This document shows positions 1-8,647 of a DNA stretch of 64,000 bases, piece by piece. The position numbers and the translations under genes were made by a program. Position 1 is the first letter of the stretch. Each line of letters begins with the position of its first letter. The notes under the pieces were generated by a model. That model was not told the origin of the DNA, made no database searches, and saw nothing but the letters and a program-made list of their open reading frames with translations. Source of the DNA: an uncultured Armatimonadetes bacterium (GTDB taxonomy: Bacteria > Armatimonadota > UBA5829 > DTJY01); contig OY970325.1 in the NCBI GenBank assembly GCA_963717145.1, positions 3,200,001 through 3,264,000 of the forward strand, read 5' to 3'.

Positions 1-114
1 GGAGTGCGGGATCAGCCCTCACCCCCGACCCCTCTCCCAGAGGGCGAGGGAGGGTTCCGCGCTCCCCTCGCCCTCTGGGAGAGGGGTCGGGGGTGAGGGC
101 TGATCCCGCACTCC
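1..114. repeat. REP-like long palindrome, family D (CCCTCACCCCCGACCCCTCTCCCAGAGGGCGAGGG arms)
   Basis: Inverted arms GGAGTGCGGGATCAGCCCTCACCCCCGACCCCTCTCCCAG... and ...CTGGGAGAGGGGTCGGGGGTGAGGGCTGATCCCGCACTCC; second copy at 43450-43540. Confidence 0.9.
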
Positions 115-137
115 ACAGGAAGAAAGGTAGAAGAGTC

Positions 138-533
138 ATGCCCGAGTTTGTCAACCCGTTTTCCGGAACCGTTCCGCGCACGATAACCGATGGCGAACTG
201 GTCCGAGCCATCATGCTGAACATCGCAGCCGAGTTGGAAGCGGTCCATGCCTACACATCCCACATGGACGCCACCGACAATCCGGATGCGAAGAAGGTCC
301 TGTACGACATCGCGCTGGAAGAGCTGGTACACGCCGGCGAGTTCACAAACCTGCTCTACCGGCTGAATCCGATCGCCGCGGAGAAGGCGAAGGAGGGTTT
401 CGCCGAGGTGGATGCGCTCCTGGCCGCGAGTGCTCCGGTCGAGGTCGCCGCTGAGGAGACCGAGGAGGCCCCGATTGCGACGCCCCAGGGTCTGACGGTG
501 GGCAACATGGTCGGGATGGAGCAATCTCAATAG
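138..533 (+). CDS. Ferritin-like/rubrerythrin-family protein, probable encapsulin cargo
   Basis: ELEAVHAY...EELVHAGEF di-iron motifs; acidic Ala/Pro linker, then C-terminal GLTVGNM resembling cargo-loading peptides; AAGG before ATG 138. Confidence 0.8.
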   Translation: MPEFVNPFSGTVPRTITDGELVRAIMLNIAAELEAVHAYTSHMDATDNPDAKKVLYDIALEELVHAGEFTNLLYRLNPIAAEKAKEGFAEVDALLAASAPVEVAAEETEEAPIATPQGLTVGNMVGMEQSQ

Positions 534-541
534 GCTGCACG

Positions 542-570
542 TTGACTCCTACCCTCGGATATGGTAGAAT
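542..570 (+). promoter_or_regulatory. Sigma70-type promoter of tRNA-Ser
   Basis: TTGACT-17 bp-TAGAAT with extended TG, followed by GC-rich discriminator-like sequence. Confidence 0.75.
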
Positions 571-589
571 TCCGCGCGTCCACTCGCGC

Positions 590-681
590 GGAGCGGTGTC
601 CGAGTTGGTCTAAGGAGCACGACTGGAAATCGTGTAGCGGGGATAACTCGCTCGTGGGTTCGAATCCCACCCGCTCCGCCA
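590..681 (+). tRNA. tRNA-Ser (anticodon GGA)
   Basis: Acceptor stem GGAGCGG/CCGCTCC, anticodon arm CACGA-CTGGAAA-TCGTG, long variable arm, GGTTCGAATCC T-loop, encoded CCA. Confidence 0.96.
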
Positions 682-1611
682 TTATCCCCTTTGCTGCCTG
701 CCACAGTCCGATACTTCGGCGCGGATGACCTCCAGGGCGTGAGGGAGGATCGTCCGAAGAAGAGCCGAGCCCTCCTCGACCGCACGTCTGCTTCCCGGTA
801 GATTGATGATGAGCGTCCGACCCCGCAATCCGCTCACTCCTCGGGAAAGGCACGCGTAGGGCGTGTGGCGCATTCCCTCCTGCCTCAACGCCTCCGATAT
901 CCCCGGCGCGGGCGATTCGATGACCGCGAGCGTCGCTTCGGGCATTCGATCTCTCTCGGCAAGACCGGTACCCCCGGTCGTGAGAATGACGTCGACGGCG
1001 CATCGGTCCGCCAGGAATGTCAGTCTCTCGCTCAGAAGGCGTTCATCGTCGGAGAGGACGCTGTAGTCGGCAAGTGCGACGCCCAGGTCCTCGAGCAGGC
1101 CGACGAGCACGGGACCGCTCTCATCCTCCCGCTCGCCTCTCGAACATCGGTCGCTCGACGTGAGGACCGCGCCCACTTTCAACGCGGTCGGTTCGATCGA
1201 ATCGCCCGGTGAAATGCCCCCGCCGCGGAGGACTTTCGCGAACACGCCTTCCCGGGGCATAATGCAGTCCCCCAGGCGCTTGCCGATGCTGCACGGCGAA
1301 TGGCACACCTTCCCGATCTCGGAGATCTGGAGGATCGTCTCGCCCACCTGCAGCCGGGGTCCGATGCCCATCGAGATCAGGTCGATGCCCTGGACGGTCA
1401 AGTTCTCGCCGAAGTCGCCAGGGTTCAACTCCATTCCCTTGGCGCGCCCCTTGTCGATCGATTCCTCTGAGAGCAGGCTCACCTGCTTGCCCGCACCGAA
1501 GTGAGCGTCGCCCTCGACACCCTGACCGGCGACAAGGGTCACAGTGGCGGTCGGTAGCTTCTTCTCGCCCTTATTCGGAGCTGTGTTAACGGAGACTACT
1601 CTGCCTTGCAT
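682..1611 (-). CDS. MOSC domain fused to MogA/MoaB molybdopterin adenylyltransferase
   Basis: N-term GDAH/PGDFGENL/CIMPREGVF (MOSC); C-term SDR...DESGP, TTGGTG, LSRGVSG, NLPGS (MogA). Confidence 0.9.
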   Translation of the reverse strand: MQGRVVSVNTAPNKGEKKLPTATVTLVAGQGVEGDAHFGAGKQVSLLSEESIDKGRAKGMELNPGDFGENLTVQGIDLISMGIGPRLQVGETILQISEIGKVCHSPCSIGKRLGDCIMPREGVFAKVLRGGGISPGDSIEPTALKVGAVLTSSDRCSRGEREDESGPVLVGLLEDLGVALADYSVLSDDERLLSERLTFLADRCAVDVILTTGGTGLAERDRMPEATLAVIESPAPGISEALRQEGMRHTPYACLSRGVSGLRGRTLIINLPGSRRAVEEGSALLRTILPHALEVIRAEVSDCGRQQRG

Positions 1612-2090
1612 GACTCACCCTCGCGCTCGAAGTGTCCGCTCTTTCCGCCTGCTTTCTCGACGAGACGGATATCGCTGATCGTCGCCTCCCGGTCTATCGC
1701 CTTCACCATGTCGTATATGGTGAGTGCCGCGATCGAGACGGCGACGAGCGCCTCCATTTCGACGCCGGTGCGCCCGTGACACGAGACACGCGACTCGATC
1801 TCGACACTCGATCGATCGGCGCACAGTGTAAGTCCTATTTCCACGCTGTCCAGGGGGAGACTGTGGCACAGCGGAATGAGTTCGTCGCACCGCTTGGCGG
1901 CCATGATGCCGGCGATTCGAGCGGTGGAGAGGACGTCACCCTTGGCGACACGGTTCTCGGCGATGGCATCGAGTGTCGGCTGACGGACATAGACCGTTCC
2001 CCGAGCCCTCGCATAGCGCTCTGTGATCGGCTTCTCTGAGACATCCACCATTCGGGCCTTTCCACTCTCATCGACGTGCGACAATTCCAT
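1596..2090 (-). CDS. moaC: Cyclic pyranopterin monophosphate synthase
   Basis: LSHVD..ARMVDVS, KGDVL, LIPLCH, TGVEMEAL, YDMVKAID; true start is MELSH because the upstream ORF extension is a repeat. Confidence 0.95.
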   Translation of the reverse strand: MELSHVDESGKARMVDVSEKPITERYARARGTVYVRQPTLDAIAENRVAKGDVLSTARIAGIMAAKRCDELIPLCHSLPLDSVEIGLTLCADRSSVEIESRVSCHGRTGVEMEALVAVSIAALTIYDMVKAIDREATISDIRLVEKAGGKSGHFEREGESCKAE

Positions 2091-2109
2091 GATTCGTCTC
2101 CCTTGCGAC

Positions 2110-2192
2110 CCTTGATTCCCGTAGGGGCGATCCTTCAACGGTCGCCATTTCGACGGGCGACCGTTGAAGGATCGCCCCTACGGGAATCAAGG
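2110..2192. repeat. REP-like palindrome, family A (GTAGGGGCGATCCTTCAACGGTCGCC)
   Basis: Inverted arms; copies at 37194-37262, 38480-38547 and 39840-39908. Confidence 0.92.
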
Positions 2193-2926
2193 CTACAACA
2201 ACTTGACCGCAGCAGTCACGAGAACTGCTGCGAGTACTCGACACAGCGTCAAACTGGAGAAGGTCCTGGCTCCAAGGCTGGACCCAGCAGTCCTCCGGCC
2301 AACGCGGCCAACGGCAGTACGGGAACGATACCGAAGTCTGCATTGTGGCTTATCACCCGACTGCCGAGGCCCGCAATCGAGTTCACGACGATGAAGAACG
2401 CCGATGTCGCGGCAATCTGCTTTGCATTTCCCCACCGCGCGAGCAGCGCCACGGGACTCAGGAAGATCCCGCCTCCGATTCCTACGATTCCCGACAGAAG
2501 CCCTATGAAGCCGCCAAGCGGTGCGGCCAGGGGAAGTCGAGGGGGACGAACCTCCCCCTTACCTATCAAGGGATTCAGCAGTCCGGACAAGCGGACCGCC
2601 GCCACGATCAGCGCAAAGGCAAGAAGCAGCGAATATGCCCTCTCCGGCACATCGATCGCCCCTCCGATAACGGCCCCTGGTATCGACAGCACGATGAACG
2701 GCCAGGTGAGACCAAGGCTGAAATGCTTCGAGTGACAGAAGCTGAGGCAGGCAGTCCCGGCTACCAGGATATTCAGCACCAGAGCCGTCGTTGCCATCTC
2801 AGCGCGTGGTATCGCAAGCAGAGAGAGAACCGCCAGATAGCCGGATGCTCCACCGTGCCCGACGGAAGAGTAAAGCGCTGCGACCGCAAATATCAGTATC
2901 GGCGCCCAGATCGGTAATCCGTCCAT
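2193..2926 (-). CDS. Sulfite exporter TauE/SafE (TSUP) family protein, one frameshift near 2285
   Basis: SSVGHGGASGY and SGIVGIGGGIFLSP motifs; the hydrophobic C-terminus (GSSLGARTFSS...AAVKLL) lies in another frame. Confidence 0.8.
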
Positions 2927-2929
2927 GAT

Positions 2930-4150
2930 TCACTCGAAGAAGATGATTTGCAGGTCTTGACCCGACGCCACGTCGCCGGAATGCTCAGGAATCACGACGT
3001 ATGAGTTCGCGCCGACCATCGAACTCAACCTGCCCGAGCCCTGCATCCCGGCGGGAGTCGCAACGTACCTGCCGTTCTCCCATTTCGTCGTCGCCCGGAC
3101 GAACTCCCGGACGCCGGGTTTGTGCCTGACGTTGCAGGTCACGGAACCTGAGACGGTCGCGTAAGTCGCGGACTCGACCCCCATCATGCGCCCGATCGCC
3201 GGGCGTACGAACAGGTCGAATGTCACCATCGACGAGACCGGATTGCCTGGAAGCCCGAAGAGCGGCACGTCCCCGATGCGACCGTAGGCGAGCGGCTTCC
3301 CCGGCTTCACGGCGACCTTCCAGAACCGCATCTCGCCGAGCTTGGCCAGCGTCTCCTTGACGAAATCGTAATCGCCTACCGACACACCGCCCGATACGAT
3401 GATCAGATCGGAAACCGCCGCTGCCGATGTCAAGACGCGCTCGAGTTCATCCCGCTCGTCGATGACCCGCGCGGTCAGCGACACCTCCGCGCCTGTCTGG
3501 AGCACCTGCCCGGAGAGAGAGTACTGGTTGCTGTTTCGTATCTGGCCGGGACCCGGAGATTCCGATACATCGACTAACTCGTTGCCCGAGGTGATGACCG
3601 CCACTCTGGGCTTCCTGTACACCATCACCTGAGCCTTCCCGAGGGCAGCCAGCATTCCCATCTCAGCGGGCCTGACGCGGACGCCTGACCTCAAGACCAG
3701 CTCGCCACGCTTGACATCTTCTCCCGCGGGCCTGACATTCCATCCCTGCCCGACTTCTCGGAGGATACGAACCGCTCCCTCACGGCGCTCAGTATCCTCC
3801 ACCATGATGACGGCATCGGCGCCTTTGGGAACGGGCGCGCCGGTCATGATCCGAACCGCCGTGCCCGGAACGACTACCTCGCTCACCATGACGCCGGCCG
3901 GCGCTTCCGCGATGACTCGCAACTCCCTCAGCGAGTCCTTCCCCGCCCCGACGGTGTCCGCGGCGAGAACGGCATACCCATCCATCGCCGAGTTGTCGAA
4001 GGGCGGGAGGTCACCGTCGGCCCGGATGTCCTCCGCCAGGATTCGGCCAAGGGCGTCCCCGAGGGCGACTACCTCAGAGCCGAGCTTGGGGGTGCTGCTC
4101 AGTATGGTCTCCAGGGCCGCGTCAGGACTCATGGGCGCGTTGTCGTGCAT
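2930..4150 (-). CDS. moeA: Molybdopterin molybdenumtransferase
   Basis: PPFDNSAMDGYAV, RIMTGAPVP, SGGVSVGDYDFVK, KPGKP, LPGNPVS. Confidence 0.96.
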   Translation of the reverse strand: MHDNAPMSPDAALETILSSTPKLGSEVVALGDALGRILAEDIRADGDLPPFDNSAMDGYAVLAADTVGAGKDSLRELRVIAEAPAGVMVSEVVVPGTAVRIMTGAPVPKGADAVIMVEDTERREGAVRILREVGQGWNVRPAGEDVKRGELVLRSGVRVRPAEMGMLAALGKAQVMVYRKPRVAVITSGNELVDVSESPGPGQIRNSNQYSLSGQVLQTGAEVSLTARVIDERDELERVLTSAAAVSDLIIVSGGVSVGDYDFVKETLAKLGEMRFWKVAVKPGKPLAYGRIGDVPLFGLPGNPVSSMVTFDLFVRPAIGRMMGVESATYATVSGSVTCNVRHKPGVREFVRATTKWENGRYVATPAGMQGSGRLSSMVGANSYVVIPEHSGDVASGQDLQIIFFE

Positions 4151-5200
4151 CTATCCTCCAACCGAACACATCGCGTCGGCCTGAATGGCGCTGATCATCG
4201 ACGACGCCTCTGAGAGCTTGTGGCAACCGAGCCGGGAGAGCAATTCGCCCAACCTGGCGATCAAGTCCCGTTCGTGCAATATCGGGCGGAGGTCCGCCTC
4301 GATCGGGAGTCGCAGGCACGGCTTCAGCGCGCCTGAGGAGGTGACACGGACGCGGCTGCATCGGTCGCAGAAGGGCTCGGACATCGGACTGATGATACCG
4401 ATCGCGCCTCGTCCACCGGGAATGGAGTACAGACGCGCCGAGGAGCCCCTCTCACCGGGCATCGGCGTCAGATCGCCGAGGATCTCACGGATCTCCTCGG
4501 CCCCGACATACATGGCCTGCCATTCTGTCTCACAGCGCTGTAGGGGCGCGCCTTGTGCCGCCTGGTATCCGGTTGCGGGCGGCACAAGGCGCGCCCCTAC
4601 GGCGTGAGCCTGGCCTGCCAGCGGCATCAGCTCGATGAAGCGAACGTCCACGGGCATCGTCCTCGCCAGGTTCGCGATGGCCGGCAGTTCCCCGTCGTTG
4701 ATCCCTCGCATCACGACCGTGTTGATCTTCACCTTGTCGAAGCCGCACTGCACGGCGGCTTCGATACCGCTGAGGACCTCCTGGAGACGATCCTGGCCGG
4801 CTATCCGGCGGAAGGTCTCGGGGTTCAGCGTGTCGAGGCTGATGTTGACCGCCTGCAGCCCTGCGCCCCTGAGTTCTGAGGCAAGCTGAGGAAGCCGAGT
4901 GCCATTGGTGGTGAGCGCAACCGTTTCGATCCCCGGCGTGCGGGCAATGCTCCTCACTGTCTCCACGACATCGTCTCTTACGAGGGGCTCGCCACCCGTC
5001 AGTCGGACCTTGGTGATGCCGTTTTGGGCAAACGCATCGACCAGGATGGCAATCTCGGACGCCGATAGAGAATCGTCAGGCGTGACCGGCTGCTCACCGG
5101 GTCTGCAGTACGTGCAGCACAGGTCGCATCGGTCCGTTATCGAGAGCCGCAGATAGGTGCTCTTCCGCGACTCCAGGCTCAAGTGGGAGAGTTGCCGCAT
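4151..5200 (-). CDS. moaA: GTP 3',8-cyclase (radical SAM) with in-frame palindrome-encoded insertion
   Basis: YLRLSITDRC, CxxxCxxC, LTGGEP, RFIELMP, FCDRCSRVR, C-terminal GG. Confidence 0.93.
   Translation of the reverse strand: MRQLSHLSLESRKSTYLRLSITDRCDLCCTYCRPGEQPVTPDDSLSASEIAILVDAFAQNGITKVRLTGGEPLVRDDVVETVRSIARTPGIETVALTTNGTRLPQLASELRGAGLQAVNISLDTLNPETFRRIAGQDRLQEVLSGIEAAVQCGFDKVKINTVVMRGINDGELPAIANLARTMPVDVRFIELMPLAGQAHAVGARLVPPATGYQAAQGAPLQRCETEWQAMYVGAEEIREILGDLTPMPGERGSSARLYSIPGGRGAIGIISPMSEPFCDRCSRVRVTSSGALKPCLRLPIEADLRPILHERDLIARLGELLSRLGCHKLSEASSMISAIQADAMCSVGG
4540..4600. repeat. GTAG-type REP palindrome inside the moaA coding sequence
   Basis: Perfect 23-nt arms GTAGGGGCGCGCCTTGTGCCGCC / GGCGGCACAAGGCGCGCCCCTAC with a 15-nt loop. 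Confidence 0.9.
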
Positions 5201-5210
5201 CAGAATCGTT

Positions 5211-5864
5211 TCAACCGCGTGAGACCATTATACCCCGGCGCGGGAAAGGGATCAATTCCATTGAGGCGGATGAGCACACATCGATGAAGGCCCGGTTTGC
5301 GGAGTCACGAGGAAGGAGCATTGGATGCACCGGGATCACCCTCCCTGTGTTTCTGAGCAGACTCGAAGGATCGCCGGCCGCGTGACCGGTGGGAACATTC
5401 AGTGCCACCAGATCGATCCGGTCGAGACACCTTAGCGCAGACGGTTTGACCTCCTCCACGCCCCCTCTCGCCACGAGAACGTTCAATCCATTGAGCAGAG
5501 GAATCGCAGTCGTGCTCTCGACGATGACTCCCGGTGCGTCCGATAGCTGGTCGAGCGCCGACTCCAGGGCGGCCGGAAGTGACTCCGGGAGCGAGCGTAT
5601 CCACAGGACGCGGTCCGCTCCGGCCTCGAGTAACAGAGCGGTGTCCTTGCCCCGACGGGCGATGGCCGTCGGGTCGGCGATGACCGCGAAGGGCCCGTCA
5701 GGAGGCGAACACGCGCCGCAGTCCTGGCCGTGCGGGCAGATCTCGTCGGGAAGAGAAGGGGTGACCTTGATCGCGGCCCAGCCGGGAAAGGCCCTGAGCA
5801 GCAGAGCAGCCACCGCTGTCTTACCGCAGTGAGCTGAAGCTCCGCCAATGCAAATCAACTTCAA
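5211..5864 (-). CDS. P-loop NTPase, MobB-like hypothetical protein
   Basis: N-terminal IGGASAHCGKT Walker A-like motif, CPHGQDCGAC, KDT...AGA; lies between fdh and moaA. Confidence 0.6.
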   Translation of the reverse strand: MKLICIGGASAHCGKTAVAALLLRAFPGWAAIKVTPSLPDEICPHGQDCGACSPPDGPFAVIADPTAIARRGKDTALLLEAGADRVLWIRSLPESLPAALESALDQLSDAPGVIVESTTAIPLLNGLNVLVARGGVEEVKPSALRCLDRIDLVALNVPTGHAAGDPSSLLRNTGRVIPVHPMLLPRDSANRAFIDVCSSASMELIPFPRRGIMVSRG

Positions 5865-8557
5865 TTTGAAACAACCTCCACAACAGCGGCCGCAACCTTG
5901 TACTCCGCCGTCTTTGTAATCGGATCATGGGCATCCGTCGTCAGCTCGTTTGCCGCCGATTCGGCAAAATGGAACGGCATCCAGATCTGGCCCGGCCTCA
6001 CCTTCTTCGTCGCCCACGCGCGCGCCGTGATGCTTCCCCGTCGAGTGCTCACCCGAAGCATTTCCCCGCTCTGAGCGCCGAGCTGCTCGAGGTCGCGCGG
6101 ATGGATCTCCACAAAGCAGTCCGGCGACTTCTCAGCCATCCCCTTGACCCTGCGCGTCATCGTCCCAACGTTGTAGTGATATAGGATTCGGCCCGTCGTG
6201 AGCAGCCATGGATACTCCGAATCGGTCGGCTCACTCGGCGGCGAATACTCGACCGGCGCGAACTTGCCGAGACCACAGGCGAACCCATCCTCGTGCAGGC
6301 ATACTGTTCCGGGATGCTCCTCATGCGAGCACGGCCACTGAAGGCCGATCTTGTCGATTCTGGGGTAGTTGACACCTGCCAGCATCGGCGAAAGGGCCGC
6401 TACTTCGTCCCATATCTTCTCAGGAGAAGCGAATCTCATGTCCCCGCCCAGTCGGTTGGCGATCTCCATGATCACGCGCCAGTCCTCGCGCGCCTCACCC
6501 GGCGGCTCGACCGCCTTCCGAACGCGTTGGACGCGGCGTTCGGTATTGGTGAATGTGCCGTCCTTTTCCGCGAAACACGATGCCGGAAGGACCACATCGG
6601 CGATCTTGGCCGTCTCGCTCATGAATATGTCCTGGACCACAAGGAACTCCAGGTTGCCGAAAGCTTGCCGCACGAAGCTCGAATGGGCCTCGGACATCAC
6701 GGGGTCCTCCCCCATGACGTAAACGGCCTTCAGTCGGCCCGCAGCGGCCTCCTCCATCATCTCAGTGATCGTCAGCCCGGTCGACGTGGGCAGCGGCTTG
6801 CCATAGGCTTCCTCGAACTTCCGGCGGTTCGCCTCGACGGCGACCTTCTGGTAACCGGGGTACATGTCCGGCATTGCACCCATGTCGCACGCGCCCTGCA
6901 CGTTGTTCTGCCCTCTGAGCGGGTTGATTCCGCTGCTCGGCTTGCCGATCTGACCGGTGAGAAGCGCCAGGTTCGCGAGCCCTCGGACATTGTTGGTGCC
7001 GCAGGTGTGCTCGGTTATCCCGAGGGTGTAATAGATCGCCCCGCGGTCCGACTGAGCGTACAACCGTGCCGCTTTGCGGATATCATCCGCCGGCACTTCG
7101 CACATCTCCGCCGCGCGCTCGGGCGGCCACTGCTCGACGATCTTGAGGAACTCCTCGAATCCTTCCGTGCGCGACTTGATGAACTCCTCGTTCGCCAGGC
7201 CCTCGTGGACTATGACGTGCGCCATCCCGTTGATCAGCGCCAGGTCGGTGCCCGGGCGGATCGGCAGATGGATCGCCGCGATCTTGGTCAGCCATATCTT
7301 GCGGGGGTCGGCGACGATCAGTGTTGCGCCGTTGCTGACGGCCTCCTTGATCTTGAGACCGATGATCGGATGCGCCTCAGTCGGATTAGCCCCGATGACG
7401 AACAGCACGTCGGCGTCCGCTATCTCACCGATCGAGTTCGTCATCGCCCCGCTTCCGAGTGAAGCGGCCAGACCGGCCACTGTGGGAGCGTGTCAAGTAC
7501 GGGCGCATTGGTCAACGGAATTCGTTCCGATGACCGCACGCGCCAACTTCTGCATAAGATAGTTCTCTTCGTTCGTACACCGGCTGGAACTCATGAGGCC
7601 GATGGCATCCGGGCCGTCCGCTGCCTTGATCTCCTTCAACCGACCCGCCACGAGATCGAGGGCCTCGTCCCATGAAGCCGGCCCAAGCTCTCCATCGCGC
7701 CGGATCAGCGGAGTGGTAAGACGGTCCGGATGATGGATGAACTCGTAGCCGAACCGACCCTTCACGCACAGCCATCTGCCGTTTACCGGGTTGTCGGTGG
7801 CCGATGTGACACCGACTACGCGACCATCCCTCACGTTCAGGTCGAACTGACAGCCGACTCCGCAATAGCCGCAGGTTGTGCGAACCTTCTTCGCTCCCAC
7901 GAGGCCGACCATCCGGCGGGCCATGACGGCGCCTGTCGGGCAGACGGCGATGCAGTTGCCGCACAGTTCGCACTCGGACTCCTCACGGACGAGCCCAGGG
8001 GGGAGACCGATCTCGGTATCGAAGCCGCGCCCCTGGAAGTCGATCGCTCCGGCCTGCTGCACGTTCTGGCATACCAATACGCACCGACCGCACAGGATGC
8101 ACTTGCTGTTCTCCTCGGACATCATCGGAGCATCTTCGGATACCGTGTGGGAGGAGACTCCAGTCGGCGATGCCTTTCTCTCGCGGAGGCCGAACTCGTA
8201 CGCATACTCCTCAAGAACACATTCGCCGGATGTATCGCAGGTCGCGCAGTCATGCGGGTGGTCCGAGAGCAGCAGTTCGAGCACCGTCCGACGGAACCCG
8301 CGGAGGGCCTCGGTGTCGGTGTGAACGACCATTCCCGGAGACACCGGATGGGTGCATGACGCGACGGGACTAGGCCCGGCTTCAACCTCGACCAGACACA
8401 GACGGCACGAAGCGGTCGGCGGCAGGCCGAGGTCTGGGTCGTAGCAAAGATGAGGGATGTCGATGCCCGCTCTCCGGGCGGCTTCGAGGATCGTCATGCC
8501 GACGGAAGCGGTGACCTCTCTGGAATCGATCGTCAGCGTAATCTTGTTCTCAGTCAT
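5861..8557 (-). CDS. fdhF: Formate dehydrogenase alpha subunit, Mo/W-bisPGD, selenocysteine-containing (898 aa with UGA read-through)
   Basis: The two track ORFs are in frame across TGA 7493-7495, reading DQCART-U-HAPTVAGLA; N-terminal 2Fe-2S/4Fe-4S domains, TCGYCGVGC, LRGQNNVQGACDMG, FTNTERRVQR. Confidence 0.95.
7449..7492 (-). promoter_or_regulatory. Putative bacterial SECIS element
   Basis: Just 3' of UGA: GUGGCC-GGUCU-GGCCGC hairpin, at the same offset and with the same GGUCU apex as the E. coli fdhF SECIS. Confidence 0.75.
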
Positions 8558-8647
8558 TATTCTCTCCGAGTTGCACCACCGTGAGTCCTGAGTGCGCCGG
8601 TGAAGACTGACGGTTCAGTGGGCTGCTAAGAAGCACAGTGCCCCTAC

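Noticed and set aside
590-681. tRNA as tRNA-Sec serving the neighbouring Sec-FDH
   Set aside because: Anticodon is GGA and the acceptor stem is 7 bp, so it is an ordinary tRNA-Ser
2091-2394. ORFs or extensions starting MKDRPY (also near 37211 and 39857)
   Set aside because: These are translations of the family A palindrome, not genes
7493-7495. fdhF as a nonsense pseudogene or two genes
   Set aside because: The TGA is at the Cys/Sec ligand position, in frame, with a SECIS-like hairpin
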